Part shown: positions 39,395 to 49,560 of the stretch, one piece after another
Numbering within the stretch: the first letter of the stretch is position 1
How the letters are laid out: each line of letters starts with the position of its first letter
Source of the DNA: an uncultured Spirochaetota bacterium
GTDB lineage: Bacteria > Spirochaetota > Brevinematia > Brevinematales > JAOACQ01
Assembly: GCA_963835575.1 (NCBI GenBank)
Contig: CAWIGG010000002.1
Location: 192,001 to 256,000, forward strand
Direction: 5' to 3'
DNA: 64,000 nucleotides
Made by a program: the position numbers and the translations under genes
The notes under the pieces: model-generated
Database searches by the model: none
What the model saw: the letters and a program-made list of their open reading frames with translations, nothing else
What the model was told of the DNA's origin: nothing

Positions 39395-41488
39395 ATGAAA
39401 AAAGCGGGTTTTTTAGTTTTTGCGGGAATAGGCCTCTTACTGTTTTCACTGTACTTTGCTTGCAGCCTGAACCTCGGAGCAAGCAATAACGGTAAAGGCA
39501 ATGCCCCAGGAATAACCATACCCAGGGCCTTTGGCGATAGGATCACGGTCTCCGGCACCCAATTTTTCGCGGGCAGCAGCCGGATTTGGATCAACGGCGC
39601 TAATACGCCATGGAACAGCTGGGATGATATGGGCGGTACTATGGATACTAATTGGTGGAACACTGAGTTTCAAACTCTGCATACTAATGGCATTAATGCC
39701 ACACGCGTCTGGCTCATCTGCAGCGGTGATGTCGGAATTGTTATAGACAGCAGCGGCTATGTCTCAAACGCTACCGCCACTTTCTGGAATCACCTCGACA
39801 GTCTTATGCAGATATGCCAGAATCAACAGGTATATCTTGACGCTACCTTAATATCATTCGATTGTGTTAAGAACAATACTGCCTCTAACTGGAAAAATAT
39901 GTTTAATAGTGACAGCAGTATTGATTCATTTGTCAGTAATTTCTTGATTCCTTTAGTTAACCGTTACAAAAATAATCCCTGGCTCTGGACTATTGATCTA
40001 TGCAATGAACCGGATTGGCTTTTCGAGACTTATGGTATTCCATGGAACCGGATTCAGACATATTTCGCTAAATGCGCTGTAGGAATCCATGCGAACAGCA
40101 GCATCCTGGTCAATGTTGGAATGGCAATAATCAAATATAATAGTACTACATGCGCCGGTGCTCAGGGTAATATGGTAAGCGACGCCTCACTGCAAGCATT
40201 AGTGGGAGGCGATACAAGGGCGAAAGTCGATTTTTGGAATGTTCACTACTATCCCTGGATGGATCCATACTGGCCGGTTCCATTTAACGTGACACCGGTT
40301 GTTTTCGGTCTTGACGCGAGCAAACCGTCGATAGTCGGGGAATGCCCGGCTAAGGATTCGACAAACCATACTATTATAGGGGATTATGAAAATGCTTACC
40401 AGAATGGCTGGCAGGGAGTCATGCCATGGACGGCCAACGGTGTGGATGCTAACGGAGACATCACTACTTTGGGGCCTGCTACCCTGGCATTCCTGGGCAA
40501 TCATTACAGTCTTGTGTTTCCAGGCGGAACTAATAGCAGCTCGTCTAGTTTATCCAGCAGTTCGAGCACTTCGACTTCGCTCAGTGCAAGCTCTGCGTCA
40601 TCGGCTGTTAGTTCAAGCCGTTCGAGTGCCGTATCCAGCACTGTCAGTTCGATCAGCTCGGCAGCAAGCTCTTCGTCCGCTTCCGCACAGTATCTGAATA
40701 TCAATCTTCCCTTTACTAATGATGGAGTAGGAGAATATTACTGGCAGACAAGCGGCACGATTACCAGCATGAACTCATGGAATCTCGATGCTCTGGATGT
40801 GAATGGAACAAGCTTTAAAAACGTTTATGTCAGCGGCAGCGGCCTGCCCGCGAAGCAGAACGGGTACTACTATATTCACTATAAAGGCTCCTATTCCTAC
40901 AGTCACGTTGAAATTGCCGGCTCCGGAACGGTAAGCAGCAGCTCCGTTACCTCGGCCGCAAGCAGTTCGAGTTCTGTGTCATCCGCGGCGAGTTCGAGCC
41001 TGGCCGCATCCAGCGCTGCGTCTTCGGTAACAGTCAGCTCCAGCCGGTCAAGTGCAGCTTCTTCAGTTGCTGTGAGCTCCAGCCGTTCGAGTGTTGCATC
41101 ATCGGTAGCAGTCAGTTCCAGCCTGGCTGCATCCAGTGTGGCTTCCAGCGCCGCATCGAGCGCGGGAGGATACGCTGTGAATTACAATGTCTCTAATGAT
41201 TGGGGCGCGGGCGCCACAGTCACGGTAACGATAAAGAATAATTCTGCCGCAGCCCTTTCGAGCTGGTCTCTTGTCTGGACATTCGCTGGTAATCAGGCGA
41301 TCACTCAGATCTGGAGCGCTTCTCAAACGACCAGCGGCGAAACGGTAACAGCCGTCAATCTCAGTTACAATGGTGCGATCGGAGCGAACGGCGGGACACT
41401 GGCTTTCGGATTTAACTTGAGCTACAGCGGTTCCAACGCCAAACCGACGGCTTTCACGCTGAATGGAACGGCATGTTCAACATATTGA
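39395..41488 (+). CDS. Lipoprotein GH5-like (possibly subfamily 10 mannanase-like) hydrolase with CBM64-like module and CBM2
   Basis: INGANTPW, TRVWL, IDLCNEPDW, VHYYPW and KPSIVGE clan GH-A motifs; CBM64-like module at ~40688-40921; GGAGG RBS before ATG 39395. Confidence 0.78.
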   Translation: MKKAGFLVFAGIGLLLFSLYFACSLNLGASNNGKGNAPGITIPRAFGDRITVSGTQFFAGSSRIWINGANTPWNSWDDMGGTMDTNWWNTEFQTLHTNGINATRVWLICSGDVGIVIDSSGYVSNATATFWNHLDSLMQICQNQQVYLDATLISFDCVKNNTASNWKNMFNSDSSIDSFVSNFLIPLVNRYKNNPWLWTIDLCNEPDWLFETYGIPWNRIQTYFAKCAVGIHANSSILVNVGMAIIKYNSTTCAGAQGNMVSDASLQALVGGDTRAKVDFWNVHYYPWMDPYWPVPFNVTPVVFGLDASKPSIVGECPAKDSTNHTIIGDYENAYQNGWQGVMPWTANGVDANGDITTLGPATLAFLGNHYSLVFPGGTNSSSSSLSSSSSTSTSLSASSASSAVSSSRSSAVSSTVSSISSAASSSSASAQYLNINLPFTNDGVGEYYWQTSGTITSMNSWNLDALDVNGTSFKNVYVSGSGLPAKQNGYYYIHYKGSYSYSHVEIAGSGTVSSSSVTSAASSSSSVSSAASSSLAASSAASSVTVSSSRSSAASSVAVSSSRSSVASSVAVSSSLAASSVASSAASSAGGYAVNYNVSNDWGAGATVTVTIKNNSAAALSSWSLVWTFAGNQAITQIWSASQTTSGETVTAVNLSYNGAIGANGGTLAFGFNLSYSGSNAKPTAFTLNGTACSTY

Positions 41489-41499
41489 TAATATGAATA

Positions 41500-41531
41500 T
41501 TCTGGGCTGGCGGATTACGTCAGCCCGGAAA
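41500..41531 (+). terminator. Intergenic hairpin; paralogous copy at ~43649-43678
   Basis: TTCTGGGCTGGCG-GATTA-CGTCAGCCCGGAA; no clear U tract. Confidence 0.5.
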
Positions 41532-41710
41532 TATAAAAAGTGAAGAATTGAGAAGAAATCACACTTCAGTATAAACACGTGTTTATAGAAAAAGTATGAA
41601 CGGACAGGTTCATTTCTAAGGCCTGAACTGAAGGCTATTCGTTTTTCATGTGAGGTTAAAAAAAGATTAAATTTTTCATCTCAATAAAAAATAATCGAAA
41701 GGAGGTTTTT

Positions 41711-43636
41711 ATGAATCACTTGAAGGTTAAAGCGATTTTACTGTTCGGAAGCATACTGTGCTTTTTATGGTCATGCTCCGTAAACCCTATGAGTGAGAAA
41801 GGCCAGTCATTGTCTTTCACTGGGGTGAAAGCGACGGCGAACGGAAAGTTTTTGGGAAATATCTGGGGAGGCAATACCGAACCTCTGAACTTCAGCAAGT
41901 ATTGGAACCAGGTGACGCCTGAAAACGCAGGAAAATGGGGATCAGTGGAATTGTCCCAGGGCACTTACAACTGGAGTGATCTGGATGCGCAGTACAGTTA
42001 TGCCAAATCCAAAGGCTTCCCGTTTAAGTTTCATAATCTGGTATGGGGAAGCCAGCAGCCGAGCTGGATCAGTTCATTATCTGCCACAAACCAGGTGCTG
42101 GCTGTAATTGATTGGATCTCGAATGTCGGCGCAAGATACTCAAACCTTGATTTTATCGACGTGGTCAACGAACCGATTAAAACCGGCCAGCCTCCCTATG
42201 GGGCGGCCATCGGCGGCAGCGGTTCGACGGGATGGGACTGGGTCATTTTTGCATTTACGGTGGCACGGAAATATTGCGGCAATGCAAAACTGCTTGTTAA
42301 TGAATACAGTGTGGAAAATGATACCTCTGCAGCAGCGCAATACACCAATATTATCAATTTGCTGAAAAGCCGTAATCTGATAGATGGAGTGGGGATCCAG
42401 GGCCATTATTTCAGTTTGGACAGTGATGATACCGGTACTTTATCAAACTGTCTGTCAATTATATTGTCCACAGGCCTTCCGATTTACATTTCTGAGCTTG
42501 ACCTTGACGGAGATGATGCGACTCAGCTTTCCAGATACCAAAAATATTTTCCGATCCTCTGGAATTACTCAACGATTAAAGGCGTCACACTCTGGGGATA
42601 CATCCAGGGTTCAATCTGGACAACAAACGCTTATCTCTTAACCACTTCCGGGACGGAACGCCCGGCATTGACCTGGCTGATGCAGTATGTCGGCAATACT
42701 ACCTCGACCAGTTCCAGCAGCCCGGTTGCGTCTTCCAGCAGCGCGGCTTCGTCCGTACCTGTAAGCTCCAGCCGGTCGTCCGCGGCGAGCAGTATTGCTT
42801 CTTCAGTTGCTGTCAGCTCCAGCCAGGCGAGCAGTATAGCCAGTTCCGCTTCATCCTCAGTCCAGTATCAGAATATTACTCTTCCGTTCAGCTTTGACGG
42901 CACGGGAGAATTATACTGGCAGACAAGCGGTACGATCACCAGCATGAATTCCTGGAATCTTGATGCGCTGGATGTGAATGGGACAAGCTTTAAAAATGTG
43001 TATGTCGCCGGAAGCAGCCTGCCCGCGAAACAGAATGGATACTACTACATTCACTATAAGGGGTCATATTCCTATAGTCATGTTGAAATTGCCGGCACAT
43101 CAGGATCGGTGAGCAGCAGTTCGATAGCTGTCAGTTCCAGCCCGGCAAGCAGTGTCGCCTCTTCAATAGCGGCAAGCTCCAGCCGTGCAGCCTCTTCAAT
43201 AGCAGCTAGCTCTAGCAGATCGAGTATTGCATCTTCAGTAGCAGTCAGCTCAAGCCTGGCCGCATCCAGTGTCGCTTCCAGTGCGGCATCGAGCACGGCT
43301 TCCAGCACAAGCGGCGGGTATGCAGTGAATTATACCGTCAATAATGACTGGGGCGCGGGCGCCACAGTCACGGTAACCATAAAGAACAATTCCGCAACGG
43401 CCCTTTCGAGCTGGTCTCTTGTCTGGACATTTGCGGGCAATCAGCAGATCACTCAGATCTGGAGCGCCACGCAGACAACCAGCGGCGCGACCGTTACTGT
43501 GAATAGTTTAACTTATAACGGCGCGATCGGCGCGAACGGCGGAACGCAGAGTTTCGGCTTCAATCTGAGCTACAGCGGCTCGAACGCCAAGCCGGCAGCA
43601 TTTACTTTGAATGGGACGGCATGCTCGACTTATTGA
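41711..43636 (+). CDS. Lipoprotein GH10 endo-xylanase with CBM64-like module and CBM2
   Basis: WNQVTPENAGKWG, FHNLVWGSQQP, DVVNEP, GIQGH, IYISELD and GVTLWG motifs; lipobox FLWSC. Confidence 0.92.
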   Translation: MNHLKVKAILLFGSILCFLWSCSVNPMSEKGQSLSFTGVKATANGKFLGNIWGGNTEPLNFSKYWNQVTPENAGKWGSVELSQGTYNWSDLDAQYSYAKSKGFPFKFHNLVWGSQQPSWISSLSATNQVLAVIDWISNVGARYSNLDFIDVVNEPIKTGQPPYGAAIGGSGSTGWDWVIFAFTVARKYCGNAKLLVNEYSVENDTSAAAQYTNIINLLKSRNLIDGVGIQGHYFSLDSDDTGTLSNCLSIILSTGLPIYISELDLDGDDATQLSRYQKYFPILWNYSTIKGVTLWGYIQGSIWTTNAYLLTTSGTERPALTWLMQYVGNTTSTSSSSPVASSSSAASSVPVSSSRSSAASSIASSVAVSSSQASSIASSASSSVQYQNITLPFSFDGTGELYWQTSGTITSMNSWNLDALDVNGTSFKNVYVAGSSLPAKQNGYYYIHYKGSYSYSHVEIAGTSGSVSSSSIAVSSSPASSVASSIAASSSRAASSIAASSSRSSIASSVAVSSSLAASSVASSAASSTASSTSGGYAVNYTVNNDWGAGATVTVTIKNNSATALSSWSLVWTFAGNQQITQIWSATQTTSGATVTVNSLTYNGAIGANGGTQSFGFNLSYSGSNAKPAAFTLNGTACSTY

Positions 43637-43874
43637 TAATAATGAATATTCCGGGCTGGCGATATACGTCAGCCCGGTTATATAAAAAAATAGGAATTGT
43701 AATAGTATGATGAAAATCAATACTTTTATATAAACTCTTGTTTTTGTAGAATAAACAACCAAACTGGCAAGTTTTTAATGCGTCTTGATTGAAGTCTCTG
43801 CCGTGTTAAGTGTGAGGTTTTAAATAATAATGAAATTTTTTGTTTCAATAATGAATATAAGAAAGGAGTATGCT

Positions 43875-45985
43875 ATGAAGCTATTGAAGATGAAAGTTTT
43901 ATTACTGTCCGGAAGCATGCTGTGCTTTTTATGGTCATGCTCGTAAGCCCTTTGAGTGAGAAAAGTCAGTCATTGTCTTTCACCGCGGTGAAAGCGACGG
44001 CGAGCGGAAAGTTTCTGGGTAATATCTGGGGAGGCAGTTCCGAGCCCCTCAATTTCAGTACATACTGGAACCAGGTGACTCCTGAAAACGCCGGGAAATG
44101 GGGTTCCGTGGAATCCAGCCAGGGAACCTATAACTGGAGCGCATTGGACGCGCAATACAGTTATGCTAAATCCAGAGGATATCCTTTTAAATTCCATAAT
44201 CTGATCTGGGGCAGCCAGCAGCCTGCCTGGATCAGCACTTTGTCGGCCGCGAACCAGGTGCTGGCGGTCATCGATTGGATTTCGAATGTCGGCGCGAGAT
44301 ACAGCAATTTAGACTTCATAGATGTGGTCAATGAACCTCTGCATTCGCCGCCCTCCTATTCGAATGCGATGGGCGGAAGCGGCTCCACCGGCTGGGACTG
44401 GATTGTTTTTGCATTTCAACAGGCGCGGAAGTATTGCGGGAATGCAAAACTGCTTATCAATGAGTATGGCGTGGAGGGCAACACCACGGCCATGGCAAAC
44501 TACACGAATATCATCAGTATTCTTAAGGCTTCGAATTTGATAGATGGAGTGGGAGTCCAGGGGCATGATTTCAGTCTTGACGGCTGTTCACTAAGCACGC
44601 TGTCGAACTGCTTGTCTATGATTGCGGCCACAGGATTGCCGATCTATATTTCGGAGCTTGATCTTTCATCTACTGATGACACTGTCCAGCTTGGTCTTTA
44701 TCAGAAGTATTTCCCGGCATTGTGGGAAAATCCGGATGTCATGGGTGTTACTTTGTGGGGTTATATTCAAGGCTCAATATGGACTTCCAATGCTTTTCTT
44801 CTCTACACAAACGGCACGGAACGCCCTGCTCTGACATGGCTGACGAATTATGTGAGAGGCGGGGCTTCTTCTGCAGGCGGATCCATCCAGGTTTTTTTCT
44901 ACAACGGAAATACCAGTACATCAGTAAACAGCCTTTCCCTTAATTTTCTTATATCCAATACGGGACTCTCCATCATCAATTTAACCAATGTGACTCTCCG
45001 CTATTACTACACCATTGACAGCGCAACGAATCAGATCTTCAACTGTAATTACTCGACTTTAGGCAACAGCAGTGTGACCGGAAGTTTTGTAACGATGCCG
45101 AATCCCGGGCCGACTGCAGACAGATATGTTCAGATCGGCTTTACGAGTGCGGCCGGAAGCCTGTATGCCGGGAATAGCGCTGTGGTTCAAGTTGCGGTAA
45201 ATAAAAGTGACTGGTCCAGTTATATACAAACAAATGATTATTCATTTAATTCCTCGGCCGCAACATATACGTCCTGGTCAAAAGTGACCGGGTATATCTC
45301 AGGCACGCTTGCATTTGGCACAGAGCCGTCTTCCGGCAGTTCCTCATCCATCTCAAGTGTGAGTTCCAGTCTATCCAGTTCATTAAGCAGTTCCGTTATT
45401 TCCTCGAGCAGCAGCCGTTCCGCCGCATCATCTTCGGTCAGCTCCAGCCTGAGCTCGAGTAAATCGTCGAGCAGTGTGTCCAGTCCTGCTTCGAGCAGCA
45501 GCCGTTCCAGCGTTGCATCCAGCATTTCCTCATCAGTAGCAGTGAGTTCCAGCCTTTCCAGCGTTGCGTCATCGGCAGCGGTGAGCTCGAGCCTGGCAGC
45601 ATCCAGTGTTGCTTCAAGCGTTGCTTCCAGTGCAGCATCGAGCGCGGCATCCAGCACAAGCGGCGGGTATGCAGTTAATTATACAGTCAATAATGACTGG
45701 GGCGCAGGGGCTACGTGCACGGTGACCATAAAGAACAACAGCGCCGCAGCCGTAAACGGATGGACATTAGTCTGGACATTTGCGGGTAATCAGACTCTCA
45801 CACAGATTTGGAACGCAACTGACACCCAGAGCGGAGCAACTGTTACCGTTAAGAACGCGAGCTTTAATAATATCATCGGAGCGAGCGGCGGGACCCAGAG
45901 CTTCGGATTTAATTTGAGTTACAGCGGTTCGAATGTTAAACCCGCGGCATTTACTTTAAACGGTACGGCATGCACACTTTACTGA
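43875..45985 (+). pseudogene. GH10 xylanase-CBM3-linker-CBM2 with a one-base deletion just after the lipobox (or a sequencing error)
   Basis: AGGAG RBS and ATG 43875 give MKLLKMKVLLLSGSMLCFLWSCS* (TAA 43944-43946). The paralog reads TGC TCC GTA where this copy reads TGC TC GTA. ORF 43922..45985 holds intact GH10 and CBM3 (LRYYYT, NDYSF) modules. Confidence 0.83.
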
Positions 45986-46057
45986 AGAAAATTAATGGCG
46001 AAATTAATTTTAACGCTCTTAATAAGATAATGAAACCATAAAAAATAATCTCCATGT

Positions 46058-46095
46058 TATCTCCCCTCCCTTTTAGGGCGGGGGGGATATTTTTT
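46058..46095 (+). terminator. Rho-independent terminator
   Basis: TATCTCCCCTCCCT-TTT-AGGGCGGGGGGGATA followed by a T run. Confidence 0.7.
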
Positions 46096-46134
46096 AAAGA
46101 TGGTTTGTATTTTTAATAAATAAAGATGAATAAA

Positions 46135-46205
46135 AAAACCGTACTCAAAGTATTATAAAAACCGTACTAAAGGTTTAATAATGTTATGCAAGCGAGATTT
46201 ATAAT
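46135..46205 (+). promoter_or_regulatory. Promoter with 23-bp-spaced repeats and a -10 box
   Basis: AAACCGTACTCAAAGT and AAACCGTACTAAAGGT (TAC at 46142 and 46165); TATAAT at 46200. Confidence 0.72.
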
Positions 46206-46535
46206 AAATGACCTTAAAAAGGTTTTGAATGAGAAAGGATATAAAATTAAGAATGATAGTTGTCTCAAGTTTTTTGATTCGTTTTTTACCGGGTCCTTTC
46301 ATGTGATTTATTGATATGCCTTTTTATATATGTAATTTCATCAACTGTTAATAGAAACAAGCTTAAGTGTTTTTTGTCAGCGGGGGAATAATTGCCGGGT
46401 TGTCATTGATTTATGCCGATGTTTTTATTTATTGATAAGGAGGTTTTCAAGGCTTTAATAACGTGGGTTTGAGAAAAGAATGGATTAAACAGGGAGGCTG
46501 ATTGTGATAAAAAATATTTTATAAGGAGTAATGAC

Positions 46536-49238
46536 ATGAGAAAAGTATTTCCAAGAAAGCAATTTTGGCTTACTTTGATGTTTTTTGCTGTCGGTATTTC
46601 TCTAGCAGTAATCGTATCTTGTTCCCTTTCAACTTTTGGAGGCGGTCCTAATGCGGATTACTCTAAAGTCAATCATGCGCCGAGCTATCCGGGTGTGGCA
46701 ACACGGGCGGCTCCTATGGTCATTGATACCAATGTCTCGGTTGATGCTTCAACTGTTGTCAGGACCATGCCGGACGATTTGTTCGGGAACAACATTGCGG
46801 CCTGGGAAGGGAGTACGGATGGGAAGGACGCCTTTTTGAATGACTTCATGAAGATAAGCGGCATGAAACTGATCCGTTATCCCGGCGGTTCATGGGCAGA
46901 TATCGTGGCCTGGGACACGGTCGGAGTGCCTTCAAGCAATTCATGGGAGCTGGACAATAATGAGTCAATAGCTTTTGCGAAAGCAGCCGGAGCCAATCTC
47001 CAGGCGATCGTCAACTTCAGCGGATACTGGGACGGCGTTCAGCATACACCGGCCGATGCGGTGGCTAAAGCGTCCAACTGGGTCGCCTATATGAAGAACA
47101 CCGCCGCTTTTCCAATTAAATACTGGGAAATCGGCAATGAATCATACGGCAGCTGGGAACAGGGCTACACAAATGGAGCCGCCTATGGCAGCCGTTTTGC
47201 CGATTTTTATAAGGCAATGAAAGCCATTGATTCCACGATCCAGATCGGGGCCGTTTCCACGCCTTACGATAACGGCGACAGCTATACAGGATATTACTGG
47301 TGGATGAGGGATATGTTATCCAATTCAATAGCAAAAGGAGTGATTCCGGATTACCTGATTATCCATACCTATCCGATGGACGAAGCCATGTCGGCCGATG
47401 CCGACGCAAGGCTGTTACAGGCGCCCTGGACGATATCTCAATTGACGGCTAACCTGGACCAGATCGTGGCCAATTATGCCGGATCAAGCTATGTTGGAAA
47501 GATTCCATATAGAATGACGGAATACCGTTCCGTTTTGAACAGCCGCGGCCAGACGATCACTTTCCTGGACGCAATGTTCACGGCACAGTACATCATGGAA
47601 ATGGCGAAACACGGCTGGGCCGGGGCCAATTTGTGGAATATCAGGAACGGTATGAGTACCAGTTATAATGGAGATTACGGCATATTTCAAAAAACCAGTT
47701 CAGGAACTGTTATTGACGACTATTACACAACTTATCTTGTGTTCCCGTTCCTGAGCAGTAAATTCGGGCGCAGCATGGTCAATGCGTCGGTCACAAGCAA
47801 TTCCTATATCAATGCCTATGCTGCCAAGGATGCATCCGGTAATCTGACCATATTGCTGATCAATAATTCTCCGGATACAGACCTTACGGCCCAGGTGAAC
47901 ATTACCGGTTTTACCGCCGCGACAAACGGGTTGGAATGGGTGCTGGCTCCGGCCGGTATGACGGCGAGCGGCGCCACAACACCAATACAGGAATGCACGA
48001 ATATTTCCTATAACGGTGTGGTCCACCCGAGCGCTCAAACTGCTTATTACACGAGCGGCATACCGATAAAAACAGGGACGAATTTTCCGGTTCCAGTGAA
48101 AAAAAGCACGATGGTTCTGGTTAATGTTCCCAGTACGGCCAATGCCAGCAGTTCATCATCCGTTTCTTCCATGTCTTTCGCTTCTTCCAGCAGCCGTCCG
48201 AGTGATATTGTGCAAACTATTCCCGGAAAAGTTATTGGGGATTATTATACGAATATGAACGGCATTCAAGTTGAATCCTGCGGCGATTCAAACGGCGTTG
48301 GAGACGGATACGATATCGGTTATATAGATTATGGAGATTGGTGCGATTACAACGTTAATGTCCAGAGTACGGCAAATTATAATGTGGAATTCAGGATCGC
48401 AGGCGCAACACCGGCTGGATGTATCCAGATTTATACGAATGGACAATGGATCATGCAGACGATATCTACTCTACCGGCAACAACTGGATATCAGGACTGG
48501 ACTTCCTATAATACAAATTTCACACTGACTGCCGGGCGTTATGTACTGCGGGTCTTTTTCAACGGGAACGGCTTTAACTTCGAATATGCCAATTTCACGA
48601 TACCGGGCGGTTCTTCATCGAGTTCCAGCGCAGCATCTTCGGTACCGGCAAGCTCCAGCCGTTCGAGTGTTGCGTCCAGTGTGGCTTCGAGTATTGCATC
48701 GTCAACCGCAGTGAGTTCAAGCCGTGCCGCGTCCAGCGTCGCTTCTTCAGTTGCCGTCAGTTCGAGCCGGTCGAGCGCTGCATCCTCAGCGGCAGTAAGC
48801 TCCAGCAGATCGAGCGCTGCGTCTTCTGTGGCTGTGAGTTCGAGCCGGGCCGCATCAAGTGCAGTTTCCAGTGCTGCGGTTTCCAGTGCGGCTTCCAGCA
48901 CAGCCGCTTCATCTGGCGGTTACGCCGTGAATTATACTGTTAATAATGACTGGGGCGCAGGCGCCACTTGCACGGTGACCATTAAAAACAATAGCGCGGC
49001 AGCCCTCAGCAGCTGGTCTCTTGTCTGGACCTTTGCAGGCAACCAGGCTATAACCCAGATATGGAGCGCCAGTCAGACTACCAGCGGTGAAACGGTGACA
49101 GCCGTCAATCTCAGTTACAACGGTGCGATAGGAGCGAACGGCGGAACACAGAGTTTCGGCTTTAATCTCTCATACAGCGGGTCCAATGCCAAACCAACAG
49201 CATTCACTTTAAACGGAACTGCATGTTCAATTTATTAA
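46536..49238 (+). CDS. Lipoprotein clan GH-A hydrolase (GH51-like) with CBM6-like module and CBM2
   Basis: LIRYPGGSWAD, KYWEIGNESYGSWE and RMTEY motifs; CBM6-like IGYIDYGDWCDYNVNV..TTGYQDW; lipobox VIVSC. Exact family uncertain. Confidence 0.72.
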   Translation: MRKVFPRKQFWLTLMFFAVGISLAVIVSCSLSTFGGGPNADYSKVNHAPSYPGVATRAAPMVIDTNVSVDASTVVRTMPDDLFGNNIAAWEGSTDGKDAFLNDFMKISGMKLIRYPGGSWADIVAWDTVGVPSSNSWELDNNESIAFAKAAGANLQAIVNFSGYWDGVQHTPADAVAKASNWVAYMKNTAAFPIKYWEIGNESYGSWEQGYTNGAAYGSRFADFYKAMKAIDSTIQIGAVSTPYDNGDSYTGYYWWMRDMLSNSIAKGVIPDYLIIHTYPMDEAMSADADARLLQAPWTISQLTANLDQIVANYAGSSYVGKIPYRMTEYRSVLNSRGQTITFLDAMFTAQYIMEMAKHGWAGANLWNIRNGMSTSYNGDYGIFQKTSSGTVIDDYYTTYLVFPFLSSKFGRSMVNASVTSNSYINAYAAKDASGNLTILLINNSPDTDLTAQVNITGFTAATNGLEWVLAPAGMTASGATTPIQECTNISYNGVVHPSAQTAYYTSGIPIKTGTNFPVPVKKSTMVLVNVPSTANASSSSSVSSMSFASSSSRPSDIVQTIPGKVIGDYYTNMNGIQVESCGDSNGVGDGYDIGYIDYGDWCDYNVNVQSTANYNVEFRIAGATPAGCIQIYTNGQWIMQTISTLPATTGYQDWTSYNTNFTLTAGRYVLRVFFNGNGFNFEYANFTIPGGSSSSSSAASSVPASSSRSSVASSVASSIASSTAVSSSRAASSVASSVAVSSSRSSAASSAAVSSSRSSAASSVAVSSSRAASSAVSSAAVSSAASSTAASSGGYAVNYTVNNDWGAGATCTVTIKNNSAAALSSWSLVWTFAGNQAITQIWSASQTTSGETVTAVNLSYNGAIGANGGTQSFGFNLSYSGSNAKPTAFTLNGTACSIY

Positions 49239-49260
49239 AGAAAAAAGCTCATTAACATCT

Positions 49261-49297
49261 TTCTGCCCCCGCAAATAGCGGGGGCAGAATTTTTTTC
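49261..49297 (+). terminator. Rho-independent terminator
   Basis: TTCTGCCCCCGC-AAATA-GCGGGGGCAGAA followed by T7. Confidence 0.85.
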
Positions 49298-49336
49298 AGC
49301 AGAACGGCTGTCATGAATTTCAAGGGTTCATCGTTT

Positions 49337-49430
49337 AAATCTTACCATTGGTAGGATAAAAACCATACCCCGGGAACGGGTAAAACCATACCTTTTGTCC
49401 AGACGGATTAATGCGGTTGTTTTTTATAAT
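49337..49430 (+). promoter_or_regulatory. Promoter with three 23-bp-spaced repeats and a -10 box
   Basis: TAC cores at 49343, 49366 and 49389 (AAACCATAC twice); TATAAT at 49425. Confidence 0.72.
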
Positions 49431-49560
49431 AATAGGCCCTGATTAAGGTTAAAAAATAAAAACAATTATCCCAAATGATTTTACCGCGATTTGCATCTTT
49501 TTATTATTTATCAGATATCAACGAAAGAAATATTACATATAAAAAAGGAGGAAAAGAAAA

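Noticed and set aside
20468..48901. Recurrent minus-strand ORFs reading LELTAAEDAALDR.. (20468, 25427, 32608, 34537, 36888, 38749, 43078, 45238, 48539)
   Set aside because: They are antisense shadows of the Ser/Ala linker codons, lie wholly within sense genes and have no independent RBS evidence.
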